A stretch of DNA of 64,000 nucleotides from Minisyncoccota bacterium (GCA_022841985.1 JALHQL010000006.1:16-64015); one strand, 5' to 3'. Positions 1 to 10,194 are shown, counted from the stretch's first letter. Numbers and translations: made by a program. Notes: generated from the letters alone by a model not told the origin.

Positions 1-3000
1 AGTGGCCGTACCTATCTGAGTGCCGCTTCGGTATATGCGGTATCCGGTGACACCCACGGCGTCAGTGGAGGCAGTCCAGGAGAGGTTGATTTGTGAAGAA
101 GAGACAGCGGTGGCGGTGAGGTTGGTGGGAGTGGAAGGGGTGGTGGTGTCGGAGGGGGGAGGGGGTGGAGGTGGAGTTACTCCGCCAGTATTTACTCCAA
201 TGACTTCAGCGCCAGTGATGTATGCACCGACAGGAATCGTTGCACCCGTGGTGCCACCAATGGAGTGAGCAACTCGACCTGCGGTCAATGCAGGAGATCC
301 TGCAGACAGTCGGAAATTTCCTCCGGCCGCATTGACGAATTGCGGATTCACGCCGCTAATACTATTAACATCTTGTCCCGGATAGGAACTCTGCCATTGG
401 GGAAACGTACGCGTAGTACCGTCCCGTTGGAAGTTAGTAAACGTATAGTAAAAATTACGATCAAACAGGATACGGTCCAATTCCCAGTTCATCCCAGCCC
501 CGGAACTTTCGGTGTAAATGCTGGTGGCACTACTATTCACAACAAGGTTGTTCTGTACGAAGTTATTCGAGTTGTCGGCCAGGACCGGCCCGCCATAAAC
601 CGCAACCCCGTGACCAGTGCCGTAGATCGTATTATTAACGAAGCGGGCGTTGCTTGGGCCGTCATGGGTTTGCCCACTCTGCAACGGATAGGGCCAGAGG
701 CAAATCCCACAACTACCGGCTGTCACTCCCGTATGGACGATATTCTGGTACCAGAGCGTGTAGACGGTTGGGGCTGTATGGAAATGTCGAAGATCCACCA
801 TTCCATAGGTCGTATTATGGATGAGGTTAAAGCGGACGATATCCTGCTCATCGGCGAATCGTGTAGGATCCACTGCCGGACCGTTAAAGCCGATGGCTTT
901 ATAGAAAATACCGCTGCCCGTGTCGTAGATATGATTGTTCTCCAGTGTTAATCCATCTGAGTTGTAGATTTGGATCCCGGCGGCATTTATATCATTGTTC
1001 AAGGGCCCATTCGTGAGGTTGTGAATCGTGCTGTTAGCCACTGTGACCAGACGTGAGCTTTGTATGCGCACGCCGGTGTGATTGTCATCGTAGGACCCTC
1101 CATTGCCGTTGATATGTAGATTGTATGCTCCACCGCCTGTCGTATTGAAAAACACTACAGCACCTGTATCTGGAGTAGTAACTGCGTTTGCTTCATGAAT
1201 TGAAAACCCATCCCAGACGATATAATTCCGGCCACTTGTGCCAATGAGTGGGTTGGGTAGGACAGAATGTGTGAGCGTCACCGTCCCTATAGCGCGAAAC
1301 GTTATAGGATTGCCACTGGTGCCCGAATTGACCGGGTTCAGAATGATATTCGTCAATGGACTAGATGATGTTGGGCCACTATTAGTATTGTAGGTTCCGG
1401 CAGTCACGAGAACCGTGTCCCCCGCCGTTGCTGCCTGTGCAGACACAGGCGACGCATAGTTAGTACTCCCCCACACAGCTCGTCCAATGGTGCACCAAGG
1501 AGTAGATGCGGAGTTGTTGGCATAGGTGGTGGCGTCAGAGCAAGTAGTAGTGTTGTTCACATAAAGAGTACGGCCCGAGCCAGTAACGGGCGGTGTTGTA
1601 TCTGTCTGCGTCGTCGCACTCACTCCTGCTGTTTGTGCAGACACATTCCCTGCGGCGTCATAGGCAGAGACGGTATAGGTGTATGAGGTGGAGGGTGAGA
1701 GACCGGTGTTTGAATAAGAGTTTGTTGTTGCGGTGGTGATTTGAGTACCGTTTCTGTATATGCGGTAGCCGGTGACACCCACGGCATCAGTGGAAGCAGT
1801 CCAGGAGAGGTTGATTTGTGAAGAAGAGATGGAGGTTGCGGTGAGGTTGGTGGGGGTGGAAGGGGCGGTGGTGTCGGTGGGGGCGGCTGCTTGGGTGGTG
1901 GCAGAGACACTTGCTGACTGGGTGGAGACATTCCCTGCTGCGTCATAGGCGGCGATGGTGTATGAGTATGCTGTTGCAGCAGTGAGACCGGTGTTGGAGT
2001 ATGAGATAGCAGTGGTGGTGGTGATTTGGACTCCGTTCCTGTAGATGCGGTAGCCGGTGACGGCAGTGTTGTCGGTGGAAGCAGTCCAGGAGAGGTTGAT
2101 CTGAGAGGAAGAGATGGAGGTGGCAGTGAGGTTGGTGGGGATGGTGGGAGCGGAAGTGTCTGAAGGAGGAGGGGTACCACCTGAGGTTTCGTCAGCACCG
2201 ATGTCGTATGGAGCAGAGCGGGTGGTGCCGTCGATGTCGGTTGAGAGGGCGAGGTATGGGTCGGAGGAGAGAGTGGCGCCGAAGTCGCGAGCGCCAGTGT
2301 CGGAGGAGGAGAGGTGGAGATCTCTACTTGTTTCATTTACAAACGAAACAGAAGTTGCATTTCTGGCATTCGATCCGGGAGCGTCAGATTGTGTAGGCCC
2401 TGAGAGACTATTCGAGCTTTGAGCATTAAATATACCCGAGTAGTTATCGGTGTTGTTATAGGAGAGGTTGTTCTTCGCTATGACAGTGATGCCGGAATTC
2501 TCAGCATTAGAAGCAATACCTATATGATTATTAAAAATGGTGTTGTTGTAAGCATATACAGTCTGATTTCCACTCCCACGGAAAATAAGTCCTCCGGAAT
2601 ATGCTGCTGCGCCGCGATTTATATCGTAAATAATATTATTAAATACTCTTAAAGTAGAACCCGCGGCACCTGAATTGACTAAAAGTCCAGATGACGGTGC
2701 AGTTGCGTCCCCTGCTCCACGAATAATGGAATCTGAAACACGTATATCTGTAACTCCAGTTACCAAAATACTCGAGATGTTTATTATATTCGAATACGAC
2801 TGAACACCAGTATTCCGTATCTGTAGCCCAGAAACTCGAACATTCTCCTCATTAATATTAAAAACTGAGGCCTGGTTTAGTAAAACTTCTAATCGATACT
2901 TGCTAGTATCCCACACCCCCGCATGTCGTGCTTCAGGAGCGGTATAGATACGGATGTAGCGGGTGGCGTCGGTGGTCCAGCCGTCGATGGTAAGAGCTGC

Positions 3001-3240
3001 AGTATCCGGATTTGTCCACACACCCTCAATACGCACCGTCTCTTGCTCATTGAGAGCGACAAGATCTCTCTGTCGTGCTGCTTCCCACGCAGAGAGAGAG
3101 GTGTAGCAGGTGGAGTAGCCGGTGCAGTCTTGGCGGATGAGAGAGACTGTTTCTGTTGCTGTTTGTGCAGATGCAGAGGGGGCAAAGATGAAGAAGCCGA
3201 CAAAGAGAATGGAGAGGATGGTTGTATTGGAACGGGTCAT
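1..3240 (-). CDS. large secreted cell-surface protein, partial (start at 3240, C-terminus runs past window start). It has a signal peptide, Asn/Thr-rich beta-helix-like repeats, and at least three fibronectin type III-like repeats.
   Basis: Reverse complement of 3181-3240 reads ATG ACC CGT ... = MTRSNTTILSILFVGFFIFAPSASAQTATETVSLIRQDCT, a signal peptide. The frame stays open past position 1. Fn3 hallmarks (ISSSQINLSW, VTGYRIYR) recur about every 290 bp. The listed + ORFs 20..268 and 265..951 and the - ORF 1620..2336 are other frames of this gene. Confidence 0.6.
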   Translation of the reverse strand, partial: MTRSNTTILSILFVGFFIFAPSASAQTATETVSLIRQDCTGYSTCYTSLSAWEAARQRDLVALNEQETVRIEGVWTNPDTAALTIDGWTTDATRYIRIYTAPEARHAGVWDTSKYRLEVLLNQASVFNINEENVRVSGLQIRNTGVQSYSNIINISSILVTGVTDIRVSDSIIRGAGDATAPSSGLLVNSGAAGSTLRVFNNIIYDINRGAAAYSGGLIFRGSGNQTVYAYNNTIFNNHIGIASNAENSGITVIAKNNLSYNNTDNYSGIFNAQSSNSLSGPTQSDAPGSNARNATSVSFVNETSRDLHLSSSDTGARDFGATLSSDPYLALSTDIDGTTRSAPYDIGADETSGGTPPPSDTSAPTIPTNLTATSISSSQINLSWTASTDNTAVTGYRIYRNGVQITTTTAISYSNTGLTAATAYSYTIAAYDAAGNVSTQSASVSATTQAAAPTDTTAPSTPTNLTATSISSSQINLSWTASTDAVGVTGYRIYRNGTQITTATTNSYSNTGLSPSTSYTYTVSAYDAAGNVSAQTAGVSATTQTDTTPPVTGSGRTLYVNNTTTCSDATTYANNSASTPWCTIGRAVWGSTNYASPVSAQAATAGDTVLVTAGTYNTNSGPTSSSPLTNIILNPVNSGTSGNPITFRAIGTVTLTHSVLPNPLIGTSGRNYIVWDGFSIHEANAVTTPDTGAVVFFNTTGGGAYNLHINGNGGSYDDNHTGVRIQSSRLVTVANSTIHNLTNGPLNNDINAAGIQIYNSDGLTLENNHIYDTGSGIFYKAIGFNGPAVDPTRFADEQDIVRFNLIHNTTYGMVDLRHFHTAPTVYTLWYQNIVHTGVTAGSCGICLWPYPLQSGQTHDGPSNARFVNNTIYGTGHGVAVYGGPVLADNSNNFVQNNLVVNSSATSIYTESSGAGMNWELDRILFDRNFYYTFTNFQRDGTTRTFPQWQSSYPGQDVNSISGVNPQFVNAAGGNFRLSAGSPALTAGRVAHSIGGTTGATIPVGAYITGAEVIGVNTGGVTPPPPPPPSDTTTPSTPTNLTATAVSSSQINLSWTASTDAVGVTGYRIYRSGTQIGTAT
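40..2125. repeat. three intragenic tandem copies, about 290 bp apart, of an Fn3-coding repeat
   Basis: Near-identical DNA 'gcagtccaggagaggttgatttgtgaagaagaga' with flanks at about 85-115, 1795-1830 and 2085-2120. The match extends about 80 bp each side. Confidence 0.7.
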
Positions 3241-3366
3241 GAGAGACTGTTCCGTACAGTATACCCCATCATGGGTATGGAATGTTCCTCTTTTAGTGTG
3301 GAGAATCGACTATCTCCCCAAACTCCTCCTCACCTGAAAACGTCCCTCTTTTTTAAAATTTAAATC

Positions 3367-4641
3367 TTAGTACTCCCGGAGAGAAACTTGTGCGTCGATC
3401 TTACGTGCGAGATCAAGAGCGACTTGTACCGCAATGAGGAGCGCCGTACCGCCGAGCACCAAGGTCGTGATACCGGTGAGCCCTTGAATGACCGCGGGAG
3501 AGACTGCAATGAGACCGAGGAAAACAGCTCCTGGGAACGTGACGCGATTCACCACCTTGCCGATATACTCTTCGGTTTCGCGACCGGGGCGCACGCCCGG
3601 AACGAAAGCTCCTGTCTTCTGGAGATTTTCTGCAACACGATGAGGTTCAAACGTGACTCCGGTATAGAAATATGTAAAGAGCACCACGAGAACGAAGTAG
3701 GCTGCTCCATATTCCCACGAATTGGAAAGGAACGCGGTGTACCAGAGTGCGGCACTTGATGCAAACGAGATGTTGAGTGCAGCAAGCATCGAGAGCGCCA
3801 TCTGCGGCAAAAGCAGGAGCGAAAGCGCGAAGATGATCGGCATAACACCCGCTTGCAAAAGCCGAATAGGGAGATAGGTCGCCGCGCCTTGCGAGAGCGC
3901 CGCGCCGCGCACGGCTCTGGCATAGGCAATCGGTATCGAACGTTCGGCATCGGAAACAACGACCACCGCATACATCATCGCAAGTGCAAGAACAGTAAAC
4001 GCGAGGTAGGCAGGAATATTTGCTGCCGTAGCCGCAAATATAGCCTGTGAAAGACTTGGAGGAAGAGTTGCGAGAATTCCTGCGAGAATGATAAGCGAAA
4101 CACCGTTTCCGATACCGAATTCAGTCACAAGCTCTCCAATCCACATGAGAAGCAACGCGCCTGCAGTAACAAGAACGATATTCGCAACAAGCGCAACCGT
4201 GCTCAATTGCGCTATGATTCCCTGATTCTCAAGAAGCGACAGAAAACTAAAAGCTTGCAAAACAGCGATTGGGATCGTAAGAAGACGACTCCATTGAACA
4301 AATTTTGCGCGCCCTGCCTCTCCCTCTTCGTGATACGCTCGTTTCACTTGCGGGAAAACAACAGTGCCGAGCTGCATAATAATCGAAGCGGTAATGAATG
4401 GACCAACACCGAGCATGACGATTGAAAGTTGTTCAAGTCCTCCTCCTGAAAAAATATTAAGGAGACCGAGGAATTGATTATTTTCGAAGAAGGAGGCGAG
4501 AGCAACCTTATCTACACCTGGAATTGGTATTGAGGCAAGAAGACGAAACAGTGCAAGAGCACCAATAAGAAAGAAAATGCGAAAACGAATTTCGGGATCC
4601 CCGAAAGCGAGCTTGAGTTTGTGAATTAAAGAATTAAGCAT
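3367..4641 (-). CDS. secY: preprotein translocase subunit SecY
   Basis: 10-TM protein, MLNSLIHKLKLAFGDPEIRFRIFFLIGALALFRL..., conserved position after rplO. Start taken at the internal ATG at 4641 (cat at 4639-4641) overlapping the rplO stop. Confidence 0.9.
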   Translation of the reverse strand: MLNSLIHKLKLAFGDPEIRFRIFFLIGALALFRLLASIPIPGVDKVALASFFENNQFLGLLNIFSGGGLEQLSIVMLGVGPFITASIIMQLGTVVFPQVKRAYHEEGEAGRAKFVQWSRLLTIPIAVLQAFSFLSLLENQGIIAQLSTVALVANIVLVTAGALLLMWIGELVTEFGIGNGVSLIILAGILATLPPSLSQAIFAATAANIPAYLAFTVLALAMMYAVVVVSDAERSIPIAYARAVRGAALSQGAATYLPIRLLQAGVMPIIFALSLLLLPQMALSMLAALNISFASSAALWYTAFLSNSWEYGAAYFVLVVLFTYFYTGVTFEPHRVAENLQKTGAFVPGVRPGRETEEYIGKVVNRVTFPGAVFLGLIAVSPAVIQGLTGITTLVLGGTALLIAVQVALDLARKIDAQVSLREY

Positions 4642-5086
4642 GAATGGTGCCGCCGGCAGCAAGAAGTGCAGTACGTGCGCCAGTAGACACTGTGCAGCCA
4701 TCAACAATCAAAGCTTTCGTGAGAGAGCCAACGCCAAGAATCTTTACAATCGGTGCACGACCTTTTGCACGGCGTACCAAATCCTTTGCAAGAAGTGTCG
4801 CAGGCGAAATCGTCTCGCCGGCCTTATAGACCGCTTCAATGGCAGAGAGATTAACTACTGAAACGGGAAGGCGATTCGTTCGAACCGTACGTGCACGATT
4901 CTTTCCGTGGCCACGAAGCTTTGGGAGCTTCTTGATGAGATCCCGAGACTCTGGACGTATCTTGTGTCCAGCGCGTGCGGTCTGTCCTTTACCTCCGCGA
5001 CCGGAAGTCTTGCCACGCTTGCCGCCGCGGCCGACAGGTGGATTTTTTCTATTCTTAGTGCGAGGAGAAAATGTGTGGAGTTGCAT
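4634..5086 (-). CDS. rplO: 50S ribosomal protein L15
   Basis: GRGGKRGKTSGRGGKGQTARAG motif. Start trimmed to MQLHTF (cat at 5084-5086). Confidence 0.85.
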   Translation of the reverse strand: MQLHTFSPRTKNRKNPPVGRGGKRGKTSGRGGKGQTARAGHKIRPESRDLIKKLPKLRGHGKNRARTVRTNRLPVSVVNLSAIEAVYKAGETISPATLLAKDLVRRAKGRAPIVKILGVGSLTKALIVDGCTVSTGARTALLAAGGTIHA

Positions 5087-5096
5087 ATATAAAATA

Positions 5097-5741
5097 TTAT
5101 TTCGCACGAAGCTTCTTGAGCGCTGCGACCGTTGCGCGAGCAATGGTGAGCTTATTCTTAGAGCGAGAGTGTATCTTAGTTACCACATCCGTCACCCCAG
5201 CAAGATCGAGCACTGTACGCACCGCTGAGCCAGCGACAAGACCTCGACCCTTCGAGGGGATGATTTCAACAGTGGAAGATGCGTATTTCATTGAAACTTG
5301 GTGTGGAATTGAACCTGAGGCCGTGCGAGGAACGACAAAGAGATGTTTCTTTGCATCGCGCGTCGCTTTATCAACGGCAAGAGCAGTATCAATTCCCTTC
5401 CCAAGACCGACTCCTACGCGACCCTTACGGTCACCGATAATAATCACAAGACTGAAATTAAAACGGCGGCCGCCGGCCATCACGCGAGCAACACGTCTCG
5501 CATCAATTGTTACTTGTTCGAACTCTCCGCGCTCACGTGGTGGACGAGCACGACTGCCTGTACGCGAAGCACGACCACGCTGAGATCCGCGAGCGCGAGG
5601 TGTGGCGGTCGCCGCAATAGGAGATGCCTCAGCGGAAACAGCTTCGGCCGACTCAATCTCACTGTCAACAGCACTATCAGCTGCGACCGGCTCAGCATCG
5701 TTCACTTTCTGTATAATCTCTGGTTCCATCGACATAGTCAT
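5097..5741 (-). CDS. rpsE: 30S ribosomal protein S5 with an acidic N-terminal extension
   Basis: GRRFNFSLVIIIGDRKGRVGVGLGKGIDTALAVDKA is the S5 dsRBD/S5 domain-2 signature. Confidence 0.9.
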   Translation of the reverse strand: MTMSMEPEIIQKVNDAEPVAADSAVDSEIESAEAVSAEASPIAATATPRARGSQRGRASRTGSRARPPRERGEFEQVTIDARRVARVMAGGRRFNFSLVIIIGDRKGRVGVGLGKGIDTALAVDKATRDAKKHLFVVPRTASGSIPHQVSMKYASSTVEIIPSKGRGLVAGSAVRTVLDLAGVTDVVTKIHSRSKNKLTIARATVAALKKLRAK

Positions 5742-5747
5742 TAAGTA

Positions 5748-6098
5748 TTAAAAAACGAGTCCTCCCGTGCGTGCGGCTTCGGCAAGAGCCTTTACTTGTC
5801 CCCCGTAACGATAGCCACCTCGATCAAAAACGATTGTCGTGATGCCTGCCGTCTTAGCTTTCTTAGCGATTGCCGCGCCAACGGACGTAGCCTGTACCGA
5901 TTGCGGTCCTTTAAACTCACGCCCATGCGATGCAGCAACCGTCTTCCCTGCTGTGTCGTCGATAAGCTGTGCCGAGACAAATCGGTTGCTTCGATATACG
6001 GCGAGGCGAGGCCGTTCCGCTGTGCCTTTTATAGTTGCGCGCACCCGCGCATGGCGGCGCTTACGAAGTTCACTATTTGTTGCGGGTGTGTGTTTCAT
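5748..6098 (-). CDS. rplR: 50S ribosomal protein L18
   Basis: [37 protein letters not shown], and synteny. Confidence 0.9.
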   Translation of the reverse strand: MKHTPATNSELRKRRHARVRATIKGTAERPRLAVYRSNRFVSAQLIDDTAGKTVAASHGREFKGPQSVQATSVGAAIAKKAKTAGITTIVFDRGGYRYGGQVKALAEAARTGGLVF

Positions 6099-6127
6099 AA
6101 TGTTGTACGCTTTATTTCCCTCTCATC

Positions 6128-6658
6128 TTACACGGCCTTCTTCCCCTGCTTGCGGCGAATAATTTCACCGTCATAACGAATACCCTTGCCGAGGTACGGT
6201 TCCGGCGGCTTCACTCGCCGAATGTCCGCCGCAAATTGCCCGACCGACTCTTTGTTCAAACTCTCGAGCTTGATTATGTTCTTTTCAACCGTTGCCGAGA
6301 TATCTTCCGGAATCTTAAGCGCAACCGTGTGAGAAAAACCGACGGTGAGAACGATATCTTTCCCTTTAGCTTCCACTTTGTAGCCGACACCTTCGAGAAT
6401 GAGTTTCTTCATGTAGCGATTCTCGACACCGGCGACCATGTTCCTCACGTGAGAAGCAAAGGTACCCGTGAGCACTTTACTAAGGCGAGAGCGATCCTTC
6501 GGAGTGATAGAGACGCCCGTCGCATCGACGGTAATATCAATCGAAGGATGGACACGCTTGGTAAGTGTACCTTTCGACCCTTTGACCGTTAGCACCCCGG
6601 AATTCACCGAGACATCAGCCTTTCCTACTGCTATTGATTTTTTTGCAAGTCGACTCAT
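6128..6658 (-). CDS. rplF: 50S ribosomal protein L6
   Basis: MSRLAKKSIAVGKADVSVNSGVLTVKGSKGTL... Start at 6658 (cat at 6656-6658). The upstream part of the listed ORF is read-through. Confidence 0.9.
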   Translation of the reverse strand: MSRLAKKSIAVGKADVSVNSGVLTVKGSKGTLTKRVHPSIDITVDATGVSITPKDRSRLSKVLTGTFASHVRNMVAGVENRYMKKLILEGVGYKVEAKGKDIVLTVGFSHTVALKIPEDISATVEKNIIKLESLNKESVGQFAADIRRVKPPEPYLGKGIRYDGEIIRRKQGKKAV

Positions 6659-6662
6659 AGGA

Positions 6663-7067
6663 TTACCAAATTTCGAAAAGCTCTTCGCCGCCGAAACGGT
6701 TTTTTCGCGCCTCTGCATCTGAAATGATACCGGCCGAAGAAGAGATGAGACGTGCACCCGTGCCGCCCTTCACCCGATGTGCGGCCGTAAAAGGAGCATA
6801 GAGGCGGCGGCCTGGCTTCGAGATTCTCTTAACTCCACGCAGGATTGCGTGTCCATGCTCATCAAGGGCGAGCGTTGCGACAAACGACTTCTTCACTTCT
6901 TCACCTTCTTTCAACTTTGTGTCGACCTGCGACAAGAAGCCAAGTTCTTTGAGCTTCTTTGCAATAGCGACGAGGTGTGAGGAATACGGGACCACTACCT
7001 CGCTCTTGCCAGCGAGAGCGGCATTTTGCAGACGGATGATGAAATCGCCGACGCGGTCAGTTACCAT
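6663..7067 (-). CDS. rpsH: 30S ribosomal protein S8
   Basis: [29 protein letters not shown]..., and synteny. Confidence 0.9.
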   Translation of the reverse strand: MVTDRVGDFIIRLQNAALAGKSEVVVPYSSHLVAIAKKLKELGFLSQVDTKLKEGEEVKKSFVATLALDEHGHAILRGVKRISKPGRRLYAPFTAAHRVKGGTGARLISSSAGIISDAEARKNRFGGEELFEIW

Positions 7068-7330
7068 GATGCTTTTTTTACGCCCGGAATCTTCCCTTCA
7101 CGTGCGAGCTCGCGGAACTGGATACGGGAGAGACCGAACACGCGCATATAGCCACGAGAGCGGCCGGTGATAGCACAACGATTCTTGAGTCGTACTGGCG
7201 ATGAGTTTCTCGGAAGTTTTTGGAGACCTTCAGAATCGCCAGCCAACTTCAAAGCAGCACGCTTGACTGCGTACTTCTTCACAAGCTTGAGCTTTTTGGC
7301 GTATCTCGCCAGTTGGGACTTTTTTGCCAT
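7061..7330 (-). CDS. rpsN: 30S ribosomal protein S14
   Basis: [21 protein letters not shown]...[40 protein letters not shown]. Confidence 0.9.
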   Translation of the reverse strand: MAKKSQLARYAKKLKLVKKYAVKRAALKLAGDSEGLQKLPRNSSPVRLKNRCAITGRSRGYMRVFGLSRIQFRELAREGKIPGVKKASW

Positions 7331-7364
7331 AAAAAAATGCTCCAGAGAGCGTAGTCAGAGATTA

Positions 7365-7916
7365 TCAGCGTTTTACGCCTGAGTCAACGATAAGCGGCAT
7401 GCCGATATGACGGAAGAAAGCCTCGGCCTCGGCCTTCGACTTGGCCGTAGTAACGATAGTGATAGCGAATCCAAAGACATCCTTCAGATCTTCATCGCTG
7501 GTCTCCGGGAAGATAGTGTTCTCTTTAATGCCGACCGTAAGATTTCCCATATCGTCGATTGCAGAGGCCTTCAAACCGCGGAAGTCGCGAGTACGCGGAA
7601 GTGCGATGTGGATGAGCTTGTCGATAAAATCAAACATTCGAACCCCGCGGAGCGTTACCTGGAGGCCAACAGTGTCGCCCTCGCGTACTTTAAACGAAGC
7701 GATAGAGAGACGAGCAGGACGCGGTGCTGGTTTCTGACCGGTGATCCTTGCAAGTCGGTCTTGGATGATCTCCAGTTGTTTTTTGTCGCGCTTCTTCCCG
7801 ACACCAGAAGAGACGATAATCTTCTGGATACGAGGGCCCTGCATCGTACTTGTGTAGCCGAATTTTTCCGCAAGCGCAGAATAGGCTGACTGTTGGCGTT
7901 GTTTGGTAATAGACAT
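7365..7916 (-). CDS. rplE: 50S ribosomal protein L5
   Basis: Full-length L5 homolog (IVSSGVGKK...GLQVTLRGVRMFDFIDKLIHIALPRTRDFRG). Confidence 0.9.
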   Translation of the reverse strand: MSITKQRQQSAYSALAEKFGYTSTMQGPRIQKIIVSSGVGKKRDKKQLEIIQDRLARITGQKPAPRPARLSIASFKVREGDTVGLQVTLRGVRMFDFIDKLIHIALPRTRDFRGLKASAIDDMGNLTVGIKENTIFPETSDEDLKDVFGFAITIVTTAKSKAEAEAFFRHIGMPLIVDSGVKR

Positions 7917-7918
7917 AA

Positions 7919-8137
7919 TTATTTTTCGATACGAGTCACATTTGATGCGTTCACAGGACGCGGACGCTCAATAATGCGGCCGACCTGTCCCGTACGACCC
8001 TTCGTATGACGTTTAAAGAGTGCGACGCCCTCGATAACGATCTTATTCTCTTTCGGCAGAGCACGAACGATGACACCAGACTTGCCCTTGTCCTTGCCTG
8101 CAATAACCCTTACCTTATCTCCTTTTTTTACATACAT
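7919..8137 (-). CDS. rplX: 50S ribosomal protein L24
   Basis: MYVKKGDKVRVIAGKDKGKSGVIVRAL is the KOW motif. Start at 8137 (cat at 8135-8137). Confidence 0.85.
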   Translation of the reverse strand: MYVKKGDKVRVIAGKDKGKSGVIVRALPKENKIVIEGVALFKRHTKGRTGQVGRIIERPRPVNASNVTRIEK

Positions 8138-8147
8138 ACCAAAAATA

Positions 8148-8540
8148 TTAAACGACTTCGGGTGCCAGAGACACGATAGAGTGCCAGCCGAGATCGGAGA
8201 GCTCGCGTGGTACTGGACCGAAGATACGATTTCCTTTCGGAGCCATCTCCTTTCCTTGTTTTTCGATAAGTACGACCGCATTTTCATCAAAACGAATGTA
8301 CGAACCATCTTTGCGTCCGAATGGTTTTACTTGTCGCACGACGACAGCGCGGTACACATCTTTCTTCTTCACTGCTTTGCGTGGTTCGGCAGTCTGTATA
8401 GAGATCACCACAACATCTCCAATTTCTGCATAGCGGCGCATAGAGCCGCCGAGCACCTTGAAAATACGGGCGACCTTCCCCCCGGAATTATCTGCGACCA
8501 TGACGATGGATTGAGGCTGCAACATACTAGTTTGTATCAC
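8148..8540 (-). CDS. rplN: 50S ribosomal protein L14 (start may be the MLQPQS Met at 8525)
   Basis: VADNSGGKVARIFKVLGGSMRRYAEIGDVVVISIQTA... is classic L14. Confidence 0.9.
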   Translation of the reverse strand: MIQTSMLQPQSIVMVADNSGGKVARIFKVLGGSMRRYAEIGDVVVISIQTAEPRKAVKKKDVYRAVVVRQVKPFGRKDGSYIRFDENAVVLIEKQGKEMAPKGNRIFGPVPRELSDLGWHSIVSLAPEVV

Positions 8541-8802
8541 TCTCTACCGACACGGTCTTTGTCGGGTCGATGGCGAAATGTTTCATTTTTGAAATAGGGC
8601 GAGTCGCCACAATCGTAACCGTGTCACCGACTTTGGTCGTATTACCTGGGTCGTGTGCAAGATACTTCTTCGAACGTACGAAATATTTCTTGTACTTAGC
8701 ATTCTTCACATAGCGGTCGACCTTGACCGTGGCAGTGTCTTTCATCGCCGTCTTTACGACAGTGCCGACAAATGATTGGGGACGAATTATTTTTTGTTCC
8801 AT
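8527..8802 (-). CDS. rpsQ: 30S ribosomal protein S17
   Basis: FVGTVVKTAMKDTATVKVDRYVKNAKYKKYFVRSKKYLAHD. Confidence 0.9.
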   Translation of the reverse strand: MEQKIIRPQSFVGTVVKTAMKDTATVKVDRYVKNAKYKKYFVRSKKYLAHDPGNTTKVGDTVTIVATRPISKMKHFAIDPTKTVSVESDTN

Positions 8803-8806
8803 AAGA

Positions 8807-9022
8807 TTATGCAGAAACGACTTGTCGTGCGGCTACCGAGCGAGCGTGCTGCTCGGTAAGCATCTGTGCGATTTTCGTGCGGAGCTTCCCTTTCGCATTC
8901 GGATCCTTAGCACGCGCGCCAGCAGCCGAAAAACGCTCGGTGCGCAGCTCGGCACGCGTATCGGCAAGGAGCTTGATGAGCTCCTGATCTGTTTTGGTCT
9001 TCATGTTATCTTTTTTTGTCAT
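8807..9022 (-). CDS. rpmC: 50S ribosomal protein L29
   Basis: 71-aa helical protein, LADTRAELRTERFSAAGARAKDPNAKGKLRTKIAQMLT, and synteny. Confidence 0.85.
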   Translation of the reverse strand: MTKKDNMKTKTDQELIKLLADTRAELRTERFSAAGARAKDPNAKGKLRTKIAQMLTEQHARSVAARQVVSA

Positions 9023-9043
9023 ACAAATAGGGAAAAAGCAATA

Positions 9044-9466
9044 TTACCGACGGGCGATAATTGAGGTGATGACCGGAAGCTTCATGCCTGCCTGTCGCAA
9101 ATGGGCGCGAGCAATATCTTCAGGAACACCGTCAAGCTCAAAGAGTACGCGACCTGGACGCACCTCAAATACGTAATGCTTCGGATCTCCCTTACCGCTA
9201 CCCATACCCACTTCCGCAGGTTTAGCTGTTACTGGTCGATCAGGAAAAACACGGATCCACATCTTACCCGTCTTTGAAATCGCGCGGGCGAGTACTTTGC
9301 GTGCAGACTCGATCTGATTGCTCGTAACGCGAGCACTTGAGAGTGCCTTGATACCGAAAGAACCGAATACGATGGTTGTGCCGCGAGTATCAGGACGAGC
9401 AAGACGCTTCTCGCTCTTGCGCCCTGTCTGCCACTTACGATGCTTTACTTTCTTAGGAAACATCAT
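9044..9466 (-). CDS. rplP: 50S ribosomal protein L16
   Basis: MMFPKKVKHRKWQTGRKS... Start trimmed to 9466 (catcat at 9461-9466). Confidence 0.9.
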   Translation of the reverse strand: MMFPKKVKHRKWQTGRKSEKRLARPDTRGTTIVFGSFGIKALSSARVTSNQIESARKVLARAISKTGKMWIRVFPDRPVTAKPAEVGMGSGKGDPKHYVFEVRPGRVLFELDGVPEDIARAHLRQAGMKLPVITSIIARR

Positions 9467-9476
9467 GGTAAAAATA

Positions 9477-10190
9477 TTAGCTATGAGCAGATGCTGTCTC
9501 CGCCAAACGTACCGGCGTCTTCTTGTCCTGGTAGACATTGCCGCGATAGATCCATACCTTGATGCCAATGACCCCGTACGGCAAATACGCTTGCTCATGG
9601 GCAAAATCTATATCAGCACGAAAAGTCTGAAGAGGAATACGACCCTTCTTTGCCTCCTCCTTACGGCTCATTTCAGCACCCCCAAGCCTTCCTGAAAGCG
9701 CGATGCGTACACCCTCGACCTCGCGTACCGCAATAACCTTCTCAACCGTCTGCTTCAATACGCGACGGAAAGGCATACGCTTCTCAAGTCCTTCTGCAAT
9801 CATGTAGGCGACAATCGCAGCATCCGTCTCCGACTGGCGCACTTCATTGATATCGAACTTGACCTGCTTGCCGGCAGGCAAAGCATGCCCGGAGGCCTTC
9901 TGAACGACGGCGGTCAATTCTTTGCGCAGCTTGACCGCATTCTCGCCAGAACGGCCGATAACGAGACCAGGGCGTGCTGTCGAGAGAATGATGCGCAACT
10001 CATTTGCCGAACGCTCGATCTCGATGCCGCTCGTATAGGTCCCGCGTAGCTTTTTCGTAAGGAAGCGACGAATCGTCTCATCTACCTTTATGTTCTCGCG
10101 GTAGGTCTTCTTGTCGGCAGCGAACCAACGACTCTTCCAGTCTCGGATGATGCCGAGGCGGTGTGCAAAAGGATGTACGATATGCGTCAT
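9477..10190 (-). CDS. rpsC: 30S ribosomal protein S3
   Basis: MTHIVHPFAHRLGIIRDWKSRWFA... with KH and S3-C domains. Start at 10190 (cat at 10188-10190). Confidence 0.9.
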   Translation of the reverse strand: MTHIVHPFAHRLGIIRDWKSRWFAADKKTYRENIKVDETIRRFLTKKLRGTYTSGIEIERSANELRIILSTARPGLVIGRSGENAVKLRKELTAVVQKASGHALPAGKQVKFDINEVRQSETDAAIVAYMIAEGLEKRMPFRRVLKQTVEKVIAVREVEGVRIALSGRLGGAEMSRKEEAKKGRIPLQTFRADIDFAHEQAYLPYGVIGIKVWIYRGNVYQDKKTPVRLAETASAHS

Positions 10191-10194
10191 AAAT

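Noticed and set aside
20-2336. Listed ORFs 20..268(+), 265..951(+), 2114..2422(+) and the Pro-rich 238-aa ORF 1620..2336(-).
   Set aside because: All lie inside the long minus-strand gene (1..3240) in other frames or on the opposite strand. The Pro/Ser/Thr-rich translations are what the Fn3-repeat DNA gives when read out of frame.
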